Assembly: GCA_036172245.1 (NCBI GenBank)
Contig: JAYWIR010000021.1
Span: 1,364,001-1,428,000 of the forward strand
Reading direction: 5' to 3'
Source: Raillietiella orientalis
Taxonomy: Eukaryota
Length of the DNA: 64,000 bases
Shown piece after piece: positions 12,289 through 24,045 of this stretch (positions within the stretch are counted from its first letter, which is position 1; each line of letters opens with the position of its first letter). Both the position numbers and the translations under genes were made by a program. The notes beneath the pieces were generated by a model. That model was not told the origin of the DNA and ran no database searches. It saw nothing but the letters and a program-made list of their open reading frames with translations.

Positions 12289-13724
12289 TGGATGATTGTT
12301 ACATGGATAGGTTTTGTACAATGGAGAAAGTCAGAAATATTTGGTCATTGGTGTGTTGTGGAAGCAGCCCATTTTTAATACGGGGGCACAGCTTTCATAC
12401 ATTATCTCCAAACCATGCCAAACCTTTTTGCAAGCCCTTCTTATTTGGTCAATTATGTAAACCATCATCAGGAAGTGCATCTACGGTTCATTCCATATCT
12501 GAATACACATAAAACTTATGGAGACTTTGGCGACTCCTCCTCCCTTCCTTATTTCGGGTAGTTCTCCTTCATAGTTTTACATGCTTTGTACGCATTAATG
12601 ACAGACAGATAGTTTATTTTAAACATAATTCAATAAAGTAGGTGCATCAGTGGGTGATCGCGGTGCAGTGATCATGAATTTACAATGAATTAAGGTGTAT
12701 GCTGATAATTAAACAATGCTGAGTAATTGCACATTGGTGATTTTGAAGGCACGGGCATAATGCACAGCTTTTCACCATGTTTGTTGGACTGCTGATCTTG
12801 ATTGGAAAGCAAAGATTTTAAATAAGTTCTGGAACGTGATCGTACACGGTACAAGGAAGGTGCCGAGCTGTTGCGCACCGTGGGGAAGGTAGGATGCAGG
12901 TGCGCTAATTGACTTTGGTGAAATATTAGGAGCGTTCCCATCAGATTCTCCAAGGTCCTGAGGGGGATTCAGTGAGGCGTGCTTCCTTACCATGGCTAAT
13001 CGCAAACACGATGCTGTTGCACTCCATCGTGCTGGTGAAAGAGACGCTTTTGCGATCGCCTCTGTTGCTTCCTGGCATATCCCTGGTCTTTTAGAAGAGG
13101 CTGCGGAATGCTGAGAATCCCTTTACGGCCCTTTTTGCATATCACTATGGCAGCGATAGAATCCTCCCCTTTCGCCCCCTTGGTAATCCTAGCAAACTAT
13201 CCATCAATAACTGTATCGAGTGATGTGCATGTGTGCATCGTCGTAGCCATTATGGGAGTGTGGTCATTGTGCCCTAGCAGCTAAAATGTTCTGGAACACG
13301 CGCGACGGCACTTGATCTCGGGCTTCTTCGTTTGCTTGTAAATCGAGAATTATTTTACCTATCTGAAATTGTCGAAACAAATGGCCTGCAGTAACTGATG
13401 CAGATGGTAAGAGACCATTTCCACTTTGACATCAACATTTGGGGGGTCCAGAGAAACAAACGAAGTAATAGGAAGTTAGGTACAGCATGCGACTCTTGCA
13501 TCTTTGCTTTCGCACAGAATTGCGTTCTCTTCTCAGAGATCGCAAAACTGAAACTGAATGCTGAAAGGCACAGTGGATGCTGTGGATTGTGCCTAGCCTT
13601 CACTTTGTGACCATTTGTCCATACTGAAGAATATTCTGGAAGTGTTACTTGACAACTTGTTCAAGTATTCTGTATCTCCGAAGCTGGTTGATACCCTCCC
13701 CCCCCCCCCCCTTCCCCTGGGAGT

Positions 13725-14065
13725 TGCCCCTCCAGAGTATCAGAAGCGCGCTTCAGAGAAATTGGGAAGCGTCCTTTCGGGGTTCTCTTCAGAGGAGTAA
13801 CAAGGAGCGGTTTCATTGCGGAAGAAACAGGTTTTCCTTGCGTCCCCTCCGGATAAGAAACGAGAGCGGCCCCCACAAACCGGAGGGTCTCTCTGTAGAG
13901 AACAAGGAAAAGGCTCCCTTAGGGATTCCCCTCCCAAGCGTAAGAGGAACGGACTCCTTCCTCCTTAGCCCTCCTAGACTCATACGGTGGTCCCCTCCCG
14001 GGGTATCCCCAAACTTGAAGAGTTGCCACACGCACTCTCGGGTTGCGTGGGCAGCATTGAAGAGC
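13725..14065 (+). mobile_element. Dispersed repeat, 5'-truncated copy of the putative tRNA-derived SINE family
   Basis: CCTCCAGAGT...GGAAGCGTCCTTTCGGGGTTCTCTTCAGAGGAG...GGAGCGG...TCCTTCCTCC...GGTGGTCCC...AACTTGAAGA...CTCGGG...CGTGGGCAG aligns by eye with the reverse complement of 43090-43360 and with 52570-52730. Confidence 0.8.
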
Positions 14066-14400
14066 TTCCAGACATGAGCCCCTAGGTGAACGGTTCTTCA
14101 GCACTTGGAGAAAACCAAAGAAAGGAGAAAAAAATCTCATCGGAACCTCCAGCATTCCGTGGCGATCTTTATTCGGCGGGGAGGACGGGCTTGGTCTTCG
14201 CCGCGGAATGCGTCTGTTAAAAGCTGCCAGCGGGCATACGCAAAGGGAAACCAAGGTGCAGGAGTTGCCAGCCAACCTGCAAAAGGGAGCTCTCGGTGCC
14301 CACGATTGAGGCTTTGCCGAAGGGAAGGGAGCGCCCCTCTTCCATGCCGAAAATCCGCTCCCTTCCCAGCTCCTTGTGGTGCTTCACGCCCCCACAAGAA

Positions 14401-14466
14401 GATGGACTTCGAGGGACCCATGCCGAGGGACTCTGCTCATGCGGCATGGGTCCCTCGAAGTCCATC
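14401..14466. other. Perfect 25-bp inverted repeat with 16-nt loop (pre-miRNA-sized hairpin)
   Basis: GATGGACTTCGAGGGACCCATGCCG (14401-14425) and its exact reverse complement CGGCATGGGTCCCTCGAAGTCCATC (14442-14466). Confidence 0.9.
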
Positions 14467-15843
14467 CGCTCAGCATCGCCTGGTTCCATCCAGCTTTCCG
14501 ATCCAAGTTCTGTGCCTGGGCATGCTTTGTCCCCGACTAAGGTCCAGCTCACCACAGAGTCTGCGGAGGAACAAAAAATCCCCATATCCACCCAGGAACC
14601 CTTTTACCCCGAGTCCGGCTGATAAGATTCTTTTCGTCTGCATCCACTCTCGACTGGTTCTGAAACAAAGGGACCGGAAATCCGACTTCGATTCAGCTGC
14701 CCAAGGCGAACATGGAGGGGTGAAAAGGGAGAGGTGCTTGCGGGGATGCGCAGACGTCCTGAGCTCGAGGGTGTAAAGGGGGCGGCTAAGCGTGCGTCGA
14801 CAAGAACCGAAGAGGACGGACGGCGATCGAAAGAATAGAAGAATCCTCTGATCATCAGCGTGCAGCGCCATCTTCCCATTCTCCCCGAAGAGTGTGTCCA
14901 CCCGAGCAGATGCGAAACGTTCCAACTTGGAGTCACACTGCCTCCGATTTTCTTTTTGGTCGTCAGACCAGAGATGCAATCGCCTCCGGATCCCGGAAAA
15001 GGGAGCCCGCCTGCTCCAAGGCTTCTCCCCTCTTGAAGACCTGAGTCTTCCGGAACCACTCAGCCTCAACGGTCGATGTCACTCCTACGCAACTCTTCAG
15101 GTCACGCTGCTCGCTGAGAGGCCTTCGAAGCACTTCCCTTCATGGAGGCGAATCACCTTTATTCTTCCCTGGGCACACAGAATCTTCAAGAGTCCGGCAC
15201 GCTGCTCGCATTCCCACGGGGAAGGCAACACGGGTTCCGAAAGAACTTCCGGAGGTGCTTCAGCATCAAACTCCCACGGCGGAGGTAAAGAGGGCTTCAA
15301 GGAGGAGCTGCTCCGTGTGACCTATGCAGACAGCCACCGGTCGCCTTGCGGTGGTTCTTCGCCTCCGATGTCAGACACCCAGTTCAGGTTTCCTGCAGTC
15401 CAAGGGCGATCCCAGGCTCCCGTCTGTACTTCAGAGAAGACTCCCGAGAGTCGAGCACCAGTATGGGCGCGGGAAGAGGAGGGAGTTTTTTTCCCTCCTT
15501 TTCTTGCTGGAGGAAAACACGAGAATGCCCTGGGTTGTGGGATGACGTCTCTTCTTCGTCGCTGCTGTTTCATCCGAGCGCTCGGAGGTTCCAGGTACAG
15601 AGCTGAACGCTCGTTCCGAAGTCTCCATCCCCATCCCCTCTTCCGTATGAGGAGCGGACCCACTTGATGCCCGCGCAAGCAGCGCCCGCCGCACGGTATG
15701 TGGTGGTGAGGAAGGACTTCCTCGGCAGCATCCCCGGGTGCTGCGTCCGGAAAGAAAGCACCAGAGATCAGCGATATGACCCTGGATCAAGAGAGACGTG
15801 CGAGAAAAGTGGATCTCGGGGCCTCCTATCCACCTACTCTGGA

Positions 15844-15906
15844 GAGACGTCACCATTATCGCTTCCACCCGCTCCCGCGAGTGGAGGCGATAATGGTGGA
15901 CGCCTC
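15844..15906 (+). other. Imperfect ~63-nt hairpin, pre-miRNA-like
   Basis: CACCATTATCGCTTCCAC (15851-15868) pairs with GTGGAGGCGATAATGGTG (15881-15898) with one U-G pair; the stem extends imperfectly outward and inward. Confidence 0.8.
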
Positions 15907-16991
15907 CTGCTTCTGTGAATCTTTCGCTAGAGCACCGGAGGGACCAAGGAGAAAGAAAGAGCACACGCACGGGTAATTGACTCTCCACTCTGCCGATAAA
16001 GGAGTACCAGCACTCCTCTCAGGAGTCTCCATGAGATTGGGTAAACAACGAAGCACTGAAGGAACCGAAGATTCCTAAGCGATGAACGGAGTACATCAAG
16101 AGGGAAATGGCGTGCTCCAACCGCTCGCTACACTCCAGGACCTACTACTGGAGGCTCGGTTTGGGTCACAGACTTGGATGAAGGAACCCTCGAGTGACCA
16201 CGGCCTCGAGTGGAGGACAAAATGGAGAGGATGGAGAAGCAGCGAAGAGCTTCTACGTCACTGGTTGTCGTTCCTGGAGCGCCATCTGTAAAAGCAGCAC
16301 GAATAAATCTTTCGCGCGGATCGTTGTGTATGCAGCACATCTCCAAGAATCTTCTCTATGTCGTGCCCTCTGAGAAGGTCGCGGCAGCCACCTCACGGAC
16401 TCCCTCCATTGAGCAGGCAACGTGATAGTTCCTTCCTCCGCACCTTCGGTTCCGCACTGTTCGGAGAGCACTTCCTTCCAGTAAGGTCGCTCGGAATGCA
16501 CTGGGGCTTGGCTCCCCTCTGGCTAACAATGGGAGGAGCTTTTGGGGCAGTACGGAGGCTGCTGGCTGGCTGGAAGCTGCGGAGCAGGGAGAAGAGCCCC
16601 TGGGATCGACCGAGGTCTCTCCTGGTGATCTTTCCCTGGTCAAGGAAGTGAAGTTGGTGGCCACATCTGCCATACAGGTCCAAGGATTGCAGAATGGCAG
16701 GTGATGGGTTACAGAGTGGTCGAGAAGGTCCTCTTCATCCGGAAGCAAGTGCCCGTCTCAGGGAGGAGTGGCCGAGTGCGTCGAACCGCAGGTTCTGGAA
16801 CGCTATGCCTTGGCCTTCTGAATTCGCTTGTTTGGAAGTCACGGACCGTGTCTCCTCTCCTTCACCGTTGAGTCTGTGAAACCGAGACGCTCGTTTCTGG
16901 AAGTTTCTAGGCGACGTCTGCTTTTAAGAATCGCACCATTTTTGTACCATCCACGTGCAAACTGAGACGCCTCCTGTGAACTCTCAAGCAC

Positions 16992-17005
16992 GTTCCCATG
17001 GGAAC
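16992..17005. promoter_or_regulatory. RFX X-box-like palindrome GTTCCCATGGGAAC
   Basis: Perfect 14-bp palindrome resembling the RFX site GTTGCCATGGCAAC. Confidence 0.45.
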
Positions 17006-19567
17006 GAAAGAAAATCAACAAAAGAAAGAGAAGTTGGAGCACGCAGAGAAGAGAATAGGCGACTTGAATTCCGGTATGTTTCTGGGCTCAAGATCGGATC
17101 TGAAGTGGAAGATTATCGTGTGACGGAAGAGAAATGGGAAGGACTCTGCATTTCCAGAGGGCGCTCTGCGTGACCACAGGAAGATTCTACGCTCATCCTT
17201 GCTGTATTCGCCTTCGAGCTTCTCCGCAGCATCGAAAACTGGGGCTGCAGTCGAAAACAAGTCCTGGAACGGAGCTTCTAGCCGATGTTGTCAAACACAA
17301 GACGCTTCGATTGTGTGCCGTTGCCGTACCGACTGTCTGCCCTTTGCATTGCAACTCTCTTCGAAAAGCAGCGGACTGTGCTGCAGACTCCGTTCCGCAC
17401 GGGCGGACTGAAGCATTCCCTCCACCTTGGTAGGAGGAAGAAAATCGTCGCCACCATCCCTTTTTTCCTCTCTGTCCTTGTTGCCCTCCTTCGCATTCGC
17501 GGAACGTAAAGCACCAATAACGAGGCTATTTCGAACCTTCCGTTTGGTGCGGTCACTCCGTTAGGTCTGCACCCTCGTGCGTGCAAATGGATCGTGGTCC
17601 GGCGTCCATGGCTTCAGTAAGGAGGCGTTGAGGAGGGAAGGAGAGGGAAAAGAAGAGTTCAAGGGCAAGGCCGGTGGTGAGCGACAAACGGAGCTTGCAT
17701 CTGGAGCACATCGTTTCCCTGAAGAATCTGTGGGGAGTCGAGAGAGGAGGAGGAGGTCAATGCGAACGACGTTGGCGTGGAAACTGCAAGCGGCCAAGTG
17801 CTGGCGGGGGGCATTCTGAGAAGGTAGAGTGCTGCAACTCTTCGTTCTCCATCCGAAACTGGATTGGAGAAGTTGGTGTGGAGAGCGCCGGAGGAACGCA
17901 GACTCCCTAGAAAGGAATGCGGGCATCACAGGTTTTTGTGTGCAGAAAAGGGCAGCTTGCACCACTTAAGCAAACACCAAGGGCATCCAACGGTAACCCG
18001 TGGATCAGCCAAGTCAGCAGGAGACAGGGCGAGACAGAGGAAGTTGAACGAATCGAAACGTGAAGAACATGAAATCTTTTCCTGGGTCACACCTTCCGTG
18101 TGACCCAGGAAAAGGCTCGAACGCGAAAGGACGTGTTTTCTTTGCCAGGATCTTGGAGCACCTCCTCATTCGCTTTGCCTCTTCCTTTGAGGCTTCGGAT
18201 TCACCTTGTTCTCGAGCAGAGCAACGGATTTTATCAATGACCGCCGATCGTGAAGTCAGCAGCGGTACATTGAAAAAAAATTTGCGTCCTCGTGGAGGAA
18301 AAAAAACCCTCTAGGCGCGCACGCGCAGACACCGAACCCTCTCTGCACCTCGAGAACCGTTTTGCGCGTTTTTGTGTTTTCAGGTTTCATTCGTCGCAGC
18401 ATCCTCGCTGCAGCTAAGCGTCGAGTTGATCGAAATGCGCCAGGAGTAAACCTTCAGTCCCCGGCGTGGCCATGGAAACACCCTGCCGATGCTTCGAACG
18501 CTTGCAAGGGTCCTCTACGTCGCTCGAGAGACACCCTGGCCCTCAGCCTCCCGAGAGAAACTTCAAGAATGGGCGGAGCACCATTGGAGTGCGGGCGAAG
18601 CGCTCGTAGGCCGCCGTGCAGCCCCTCTTAACGCACCAAGGGGAAACCAGCAGCGTGCGACTTTTGTCTTTTTCTTATTTACGTTGGCCTTCCAACCTTC
18701 CTACGGCGGGACTCACCCATGTAAATGCGCTTTCCACCTCACACATGGAAAGGGCGAACGATGAAAGTTAATGGTGAGTAACTTCCGGTTATACAAGCGG
18801 GTCTGCCGTCTGCCGTTGCACAGAATGTCCCGTTGGAGGGAGCTGCAATTTTGGAGGCACGCGTGGGGAATGCACTTGGGCAAGAAATGCTCGCACGTGT
18901 TCTTTGTTTAGCCAACTTTCCTCGTTTCAGGGTTTCCAACATAAAATCCTGAACCTGTGGAGCGAGCGCCTTCCCAGAACGTCAAAGTCAGTCGCAAAAG
19001 AAAAGAAATTTGTGTGGTGAGCACCAGCAGTTTGATTCTGCTTGGTCTCGGGAATTCTTACTTCACAGAAGCAGTCGAGAAGTCTGCGTGCTTCATTTGC
19101 CGTCAGTCTGTCGCGACAAGGCGTGCCGTTTTACCACAAGGCGCGAAGAGTCCCGAAATTCCCACTGCTGGATCTTGAAATAGGGAAATGTGTGGTTTGG
19201 AACAAATTTTGGAACTGCAGTTGCAAAAGCAGCGCTCTCCAGCTCCCTAGGCGTCCCACTGTGAGGGCAATGTCTTTCTGCCTTTCGCCGTCCGGTCGGG
19301 GCACCAGCCAGAAGCCAAGAAGTATGGTGAACCCTCCCTCTCTTCCTGGGGGGGGCTTTGTCTCCCCTCAGGCGTGCTACCATGATGCTGCGAACGTAGC
19401 GCAGCATCGCCACTCCCGAGGCTGTGGCGACCTATGAGGAAGGAGTAATCGTCCCAAGGTCCGAAGGAGTCCCCGTTGGTGAAAGAGGACTCCGCCAATG
19501 AATAAGAAGAACATTGGTCTTTGGTAGAGACACCAAGCGGGCAACTGAAGTTTGGCGGCTTAAATCC

Positions 19568-20140
19568 AAAATGTTTGGTGTCCTGCAGCAGTACCATACA
19601 CAAGGAACGTCTTCACGTCAACTCATTCATTCAATCATATCTACGATAATTGAATGGCAAACTTCGTTAGAAGTCGCGACCTTGACTGTGACCAGCTTGG
19701 GCAGGCTGAGTGGGCTGGAGGCAAAACAGTACAGTGAGTTAGGTGGCTCATTGAAGTTGAAAGCTTCCCCGACTAAAAGAAGACACGTAACGTTGCTAGC
19801 CGACACGGGATGAATTGATCTGTCATTGGACATCGGACTTCAGGATCTCGTGATCTCAATCACCTCGCTCTGCTGCCGTACCCTTGCATTTCAGACAGAG
19901 CTCAGGCTGTGGAAAAGCCAGCTTAATGGCCGCGGCTCAACGCATTTGGCCACGCTGCAATCAACGAATCTGGCTGGAGGCACGAGAGAGCGAGTGCCGG
20001 ACACTCCGGGAAGACTTCGAAAGCAGATGCGCAGCATCCGAAGGAAGGAAGGTCGCACCCCGGTTATTCGATGCAGCGTTATCGGCCACATCCAGATCGC
20101 TCTTGCGAACTTCCGGCCCGAGTAAGTAGGTCTGCAAACG
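19568..20140 (+). pseudogene. Degenerate hAT-superfamily transposase fragment (GTF2IRD2/Buster/SPIN-like)
   Basis: Translation FGVLQQYHTQ ... VTLLADTG*IDLSLDIGLQ...AFQTELRLWKSQL...HLATLQ, then after frameshifts TLREDFESR...RLF and ALANFRPE*VGLQ. This follows the order of motifs I recall for this family (YGDLxYHTEVRW; LAFLxDIxxHLNxLNxxLQG; AFxxKLxLWxxQL; HFPTL; LxxEFxxRF; APxxxQxELIxLQ). Stops and frameshifts present. Confidence 0.7.
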
Positions 20141-22760
20141 TGGCTCTGCCCGTTGAATCACACGAATCCTATATTTCGACAGTACAACATTCTTGTATTC
20201 AAGCCTCGGCAAGGTGAACGGTTTTCTTTCTCGCCGTGCGAAAATCTTCGCGCACTGCCGTGCTGATGGGAAAAGTCTGCAAAAGAGGAACGGGAGGGAG
20301 GAGCAGCTCACCGAGGTGGTGCAGTTCTAAGGAGCCATAATAGAAAACAATCGACAGGTCACCACAGAATATTTTATGTCATTTTTGTTTGATCACTTTG
20401 TTTCATTGGCACATACATTTCAGAGAAAGATACACGTTGACTTTTTTTTTTTTTTTTTCTAAAGCAAAAACGAAAATTTGACAACTTTGAAACGAGGAGA
20501 ATTTTTTATGCCCAGACATGCTTTGAAAACAGAAAGAATGAAGAGTTGAGAAATGGGTTTTTTGTTTGTTTGTTTTTTTTTTTTTCAGACTTCTAACGCT
20601 TTTGCTTCATGTCTTCCAAAGGTGAATGCCGTTTCGGAAAAGGTTACATGTCCATCTCTCTTTCGTCCAGCAAAGAGACCCCCCAGGCTCAGACAACCCG
20701 AGTAAGACGACGGCAGAATCAGAGAACGCTTGCAAAAGTTAAAAAATAAGCAAATGAATAGGCGTTGGCCATTGGAAATTGCAAATTTTTAGAGATCGAC
20801 GACGGCTTCGGTGCGTGCAGAATTGGTAACTCCGGATTCATCTTGGCGTCCCGGCGCGCGCCCTTTTGGCGCGGGCGCGCCGCCCGCTGAGCGCGCAAGG
20901 CAGTACGTGGCTTCCCGCAGCACCCTCCGGCCGCCATGGCAACTAACGAGCAACACGCTGAGCGCGCCGCTTTCAAAGGAGACTGGAGAAAAAATAGTTA
21001 ATGGCGCACGACTTGCTTATCAGGGTTCCCATAGGCTAAGGAACTATTCGAAACGACATGGAGGGGGCTGTTTGTAGTAGGTTTCTTGTAATAAATTAGA
21101 ACCTAATGCAAGGTCCTGACACATTCTATGCCTGAAAATATTTATTTCATAATTTCCATTTTGACTTCTGGCTTTTTGTTTATATATTGAAAAGTGATTT
21201 CGTGCTTGTTGAAAATGACGACCGAGGCTTCTGGGCTCTCCTCTGCTCATCTAGCATTTCGACACCCTCAGCCTGCAATCCTTCCCAGCTTCGGAACTCC
21301 CCCTTGCTCCATTTTCTTTCTCAGAAGACGGGCCGAAGTGAGTTTTTTCGCGCCGGTCCTTCCGGCACATCCCTAAGAACGCTCTCGGGAACTCCTCTGC
21401 TGGGAAACTCCTCTCCCCTTGTGGGCTGAATCCCTCTGTACCTCTCCGAATCTCCCCCCCGCGGACCTCCCCTGACTCGAGGCGCATCACCGCATGGGAG
21501 CTTTCGTCCTCCGGGCGTCGTGTCGCGGAGCGACCGCCGTCTTCGCCTCAGCCGATGCCGCCTGGTCGCGCCCCAGACAGCCCGGAGGCTGCCAGGGCGC
21601 GCTCAGCAACGGCGAGCGTAGGCAAGCGCTACCTGGAAGCGTTCCCGCTCCTAATTGGCGGCGCGGGAGCGGTTTCGTCCGGCTCCGGACGCTCCAGGTG
21701 AGTTGCCAGGCGCCTCCTTCTCGCCGCCGTATTGCGCCCTGAGCGGACTTCTCTGCGCTTGGATCTGGCGATCCACCGCGCTCTTCTGCGTTAACGGGAG
21801 AGCGTGGGACTGAGACCGACTCCGTCCGAGCCGCCGACCCAATGCCCTCCCGAGAGGAGAAGAGCGAGAGTCCAAGTGGGCATCCACCCAGCCAAGTGGT
21901 CTAAGGCGAACCGATCCACTCTCAGCAGCATCGACGCCTCTGCAGACCGAGCTCTCCGCGTCCAAATGGTCTCCCAATTCCTCACCCCTCCCCTCCCCGG
22001 TGCACACGGAGCTTCCTGGAGAGAGAGAGGGGGAGGGATGGGGGCAACAGCGTGCCATTCCTCGCCTTCCGCCCTGCTGCCGTGCGAGTCGCGCCGTTGC
22101 CACGGGAACGGCGGCAGCCTCTCTGCACACGGGGGGAGGAACGTTCGTCGCGCCCGCGGACCTCCTTCGGACGGGGTCCCACGCGCCATGAAGGGCGGGA
22201 ACACCAGCACTCCGCATAGTCCAGGAAAAGGGCTACAGGAGTGCGTCGTGGTCGGCGGGGCTGCTTGGCGGAGGGCTTACCTCCATGCGGCTTAGACTTT
22301 CGGCTGCAGAAGTCTCTCTTGCCTTTGGGGGGAGGGAGAGCGACAAGGAGCGAATAGGACGAGGGATCCTTGCTCTCCCGCTCCCCCCTCCTTCCCGTTT
22401 CCTGCCCATCTTTTCCCGAGTATCCTCGAGGAAGTTCCCAGTGCGTTGGGGGGAGGAAGGCAGCTGCAGGGAATCCAAGTGAGCAAAGAAAGGGAAGGTA
22501 CAGCAGGCTCGAACAGGGACATGCAGGGAATGCCGAGAGTTGTCATCCTCCACTCCTAGCGACTTCCACGGATGGTCCGGAGGTGTCCGTGGTTCTGTGG
22601 CCGAGCGCGTACGCGCCCTCTCTCGCCAGAGGCGTCGGGAGAAGCGCCGCAGGCGACAGATGACAAGGAGCGAGGGGCCCCATCGCGAGCTCCCAGACCC
22701 ACACACTCGCGGGGACGACGAGATTGCTCGGCTCGAGGACGCATCACGAGCGAACGACGT

Positions 22761-22766
22761 TTTATT
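22761..22766 (-). promoter_or_regulatory. AATAAA poly(A) signal of paralogue P1
   Basis: AATAAA on the minus strand ~370 nt past the P1 stop, in GC-rich DNA where the hexamer is rare. Confidence 0.6.
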
Positions 22767-23133
22767 CGTGACCCGTCCCCGTCGTGTTCCGGACGTCGCC
22801 GTATCGGTGAACCCTCAGGGGGAGCGTTGTCTTCGTCGTCGTCGTCGAGGGGAATCGGGGTGCGTGGGCGGAGCGCTGGGTGGCGAGGTGGGGGGCAACC
22901 CGACTCTCCGCGCCGCGGCCGCCGCCAGAGCCTTGCGCCGTCCTCCGCCGGCGGTTCCTCCGGGACTCCTCGCCGCGCCGCCACGTGCGTCGCCAGGTCG
23001 GTGGCCGCCCCTCCTCGCCGCCGCTGCAGTCGCCACCGCCCCCTCTCCCTCCTTCCGCCCGCGGCGATCCTCTGCTGCTGCTGCCGGTCGCCTGCTGTGG
23101 TGTGGACGGACCTCTCTCCGGCACCGCGTCCTC

Positions 23134-23774
23134 TCAGAACAGGTCGCACGAGTGCCGCCGGGCGCAGTCCCGCGCAGGCGTCACGTGGAGTGCCCTGGAC
23201 ACCCTCTGCAGCACCTCCTTGTAGTGGCCGTCGATCGGGACGAGACTGTAGGAAGGGACGGTCGAGCGCGGCTCGGGAAAAGCGACGGACCCACTCCCCC
23301 CCCCTGCCTCTTTTCCCCCACTGCTCACCTTTCCACGGCTTCGATGCCCTTCAGCAACATCCGTGACACCCTCAGCTGCTTCTCGCTGCTGGTCGGGTCG
23401 CCGCAGGCCAGCTTGCTGAGGCAGCCGTAGTCGCCCGACCGGATGCCGGTCACGTAGGTGGCGATCCAGCGCATGTGGGCGAGAGAGGGCGAAAAGGGGA
23501 CGTGGCTGGACCTGCCCAGCGTCGCCATCGTCCCGTTGCTGCCCATCATGGTCAGCATGTTCCAGAAGATCTTCAGGAGATTGAAGGGGCCGGTGAGGGA
23601 GAGGACCTCGCTGAACTGGGCGCCAGAGCTGATCTGGGAGCTCCCCGGGAAGAACTGCCTCCCGGAAGAGGCCGTCCCCAGGGTCTCGCTCTCTCCCTGG
23701 CCACCATTCCTGGTGGAGGCGGCAGCACACGAGCCGGAAACCAGCAAGATGGTCCCCACGAAGATCGTCAGCAT
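23134..23774 (-). CDS. Small secreted 4-Cys protein, family paralogue P1 (185 aa; exons 23774-23329, 23245-23134)
   Basis: Signal peptide MLTIFVGTILLVSGSCAAA; motifs GRQ, FSEVL, hydrophobic segment, LGRS, WIATY, CLSKLACGDP; GTGAGC...TACAG phase-2 intron; second exon LVPIDGHYKEVLQRVSRALHVTPARDCARRHSCDLF*; homologous to three other loci in the window. Confidence 0.88.
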
Positions 23775-23916
23775 CTTCCTCTGCTTCTTCTTCTTCTTCC
23801 TTCTCCGGGTTTCCTGCTCTCCCTTTGACCTCCCTCTCGCTGCTTGTCTTCCTCGGAGCGGCGGCCGCTAAATTTCCGGGTTGCCCGCGCTGCCGGGGAT
23901 GGCGCCTTCCTGGAAC

Positions 23917-24045
23917 GTAAACCATTACTATATTCCACTTGTAAACTTTAGAAAACCAACATTAACTTAAATTTAAAATCTTGTAATATCTCCAAAACCA
24001 AACAACCCAATAATTTATTACTAAATAAGGAGAAGGAATTAAAGG
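23917..24045. other. Sharp AT-rich island in GC-rich DNA; possible mitochondrial insertion (NUMT)
   Basis: Abrupt composition change, A/C-rich on + and T/G-rich on -; minus strand reads PLIPSPYLVINYWVVWFWRYYKILNLS*. Confidence 0.4.
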
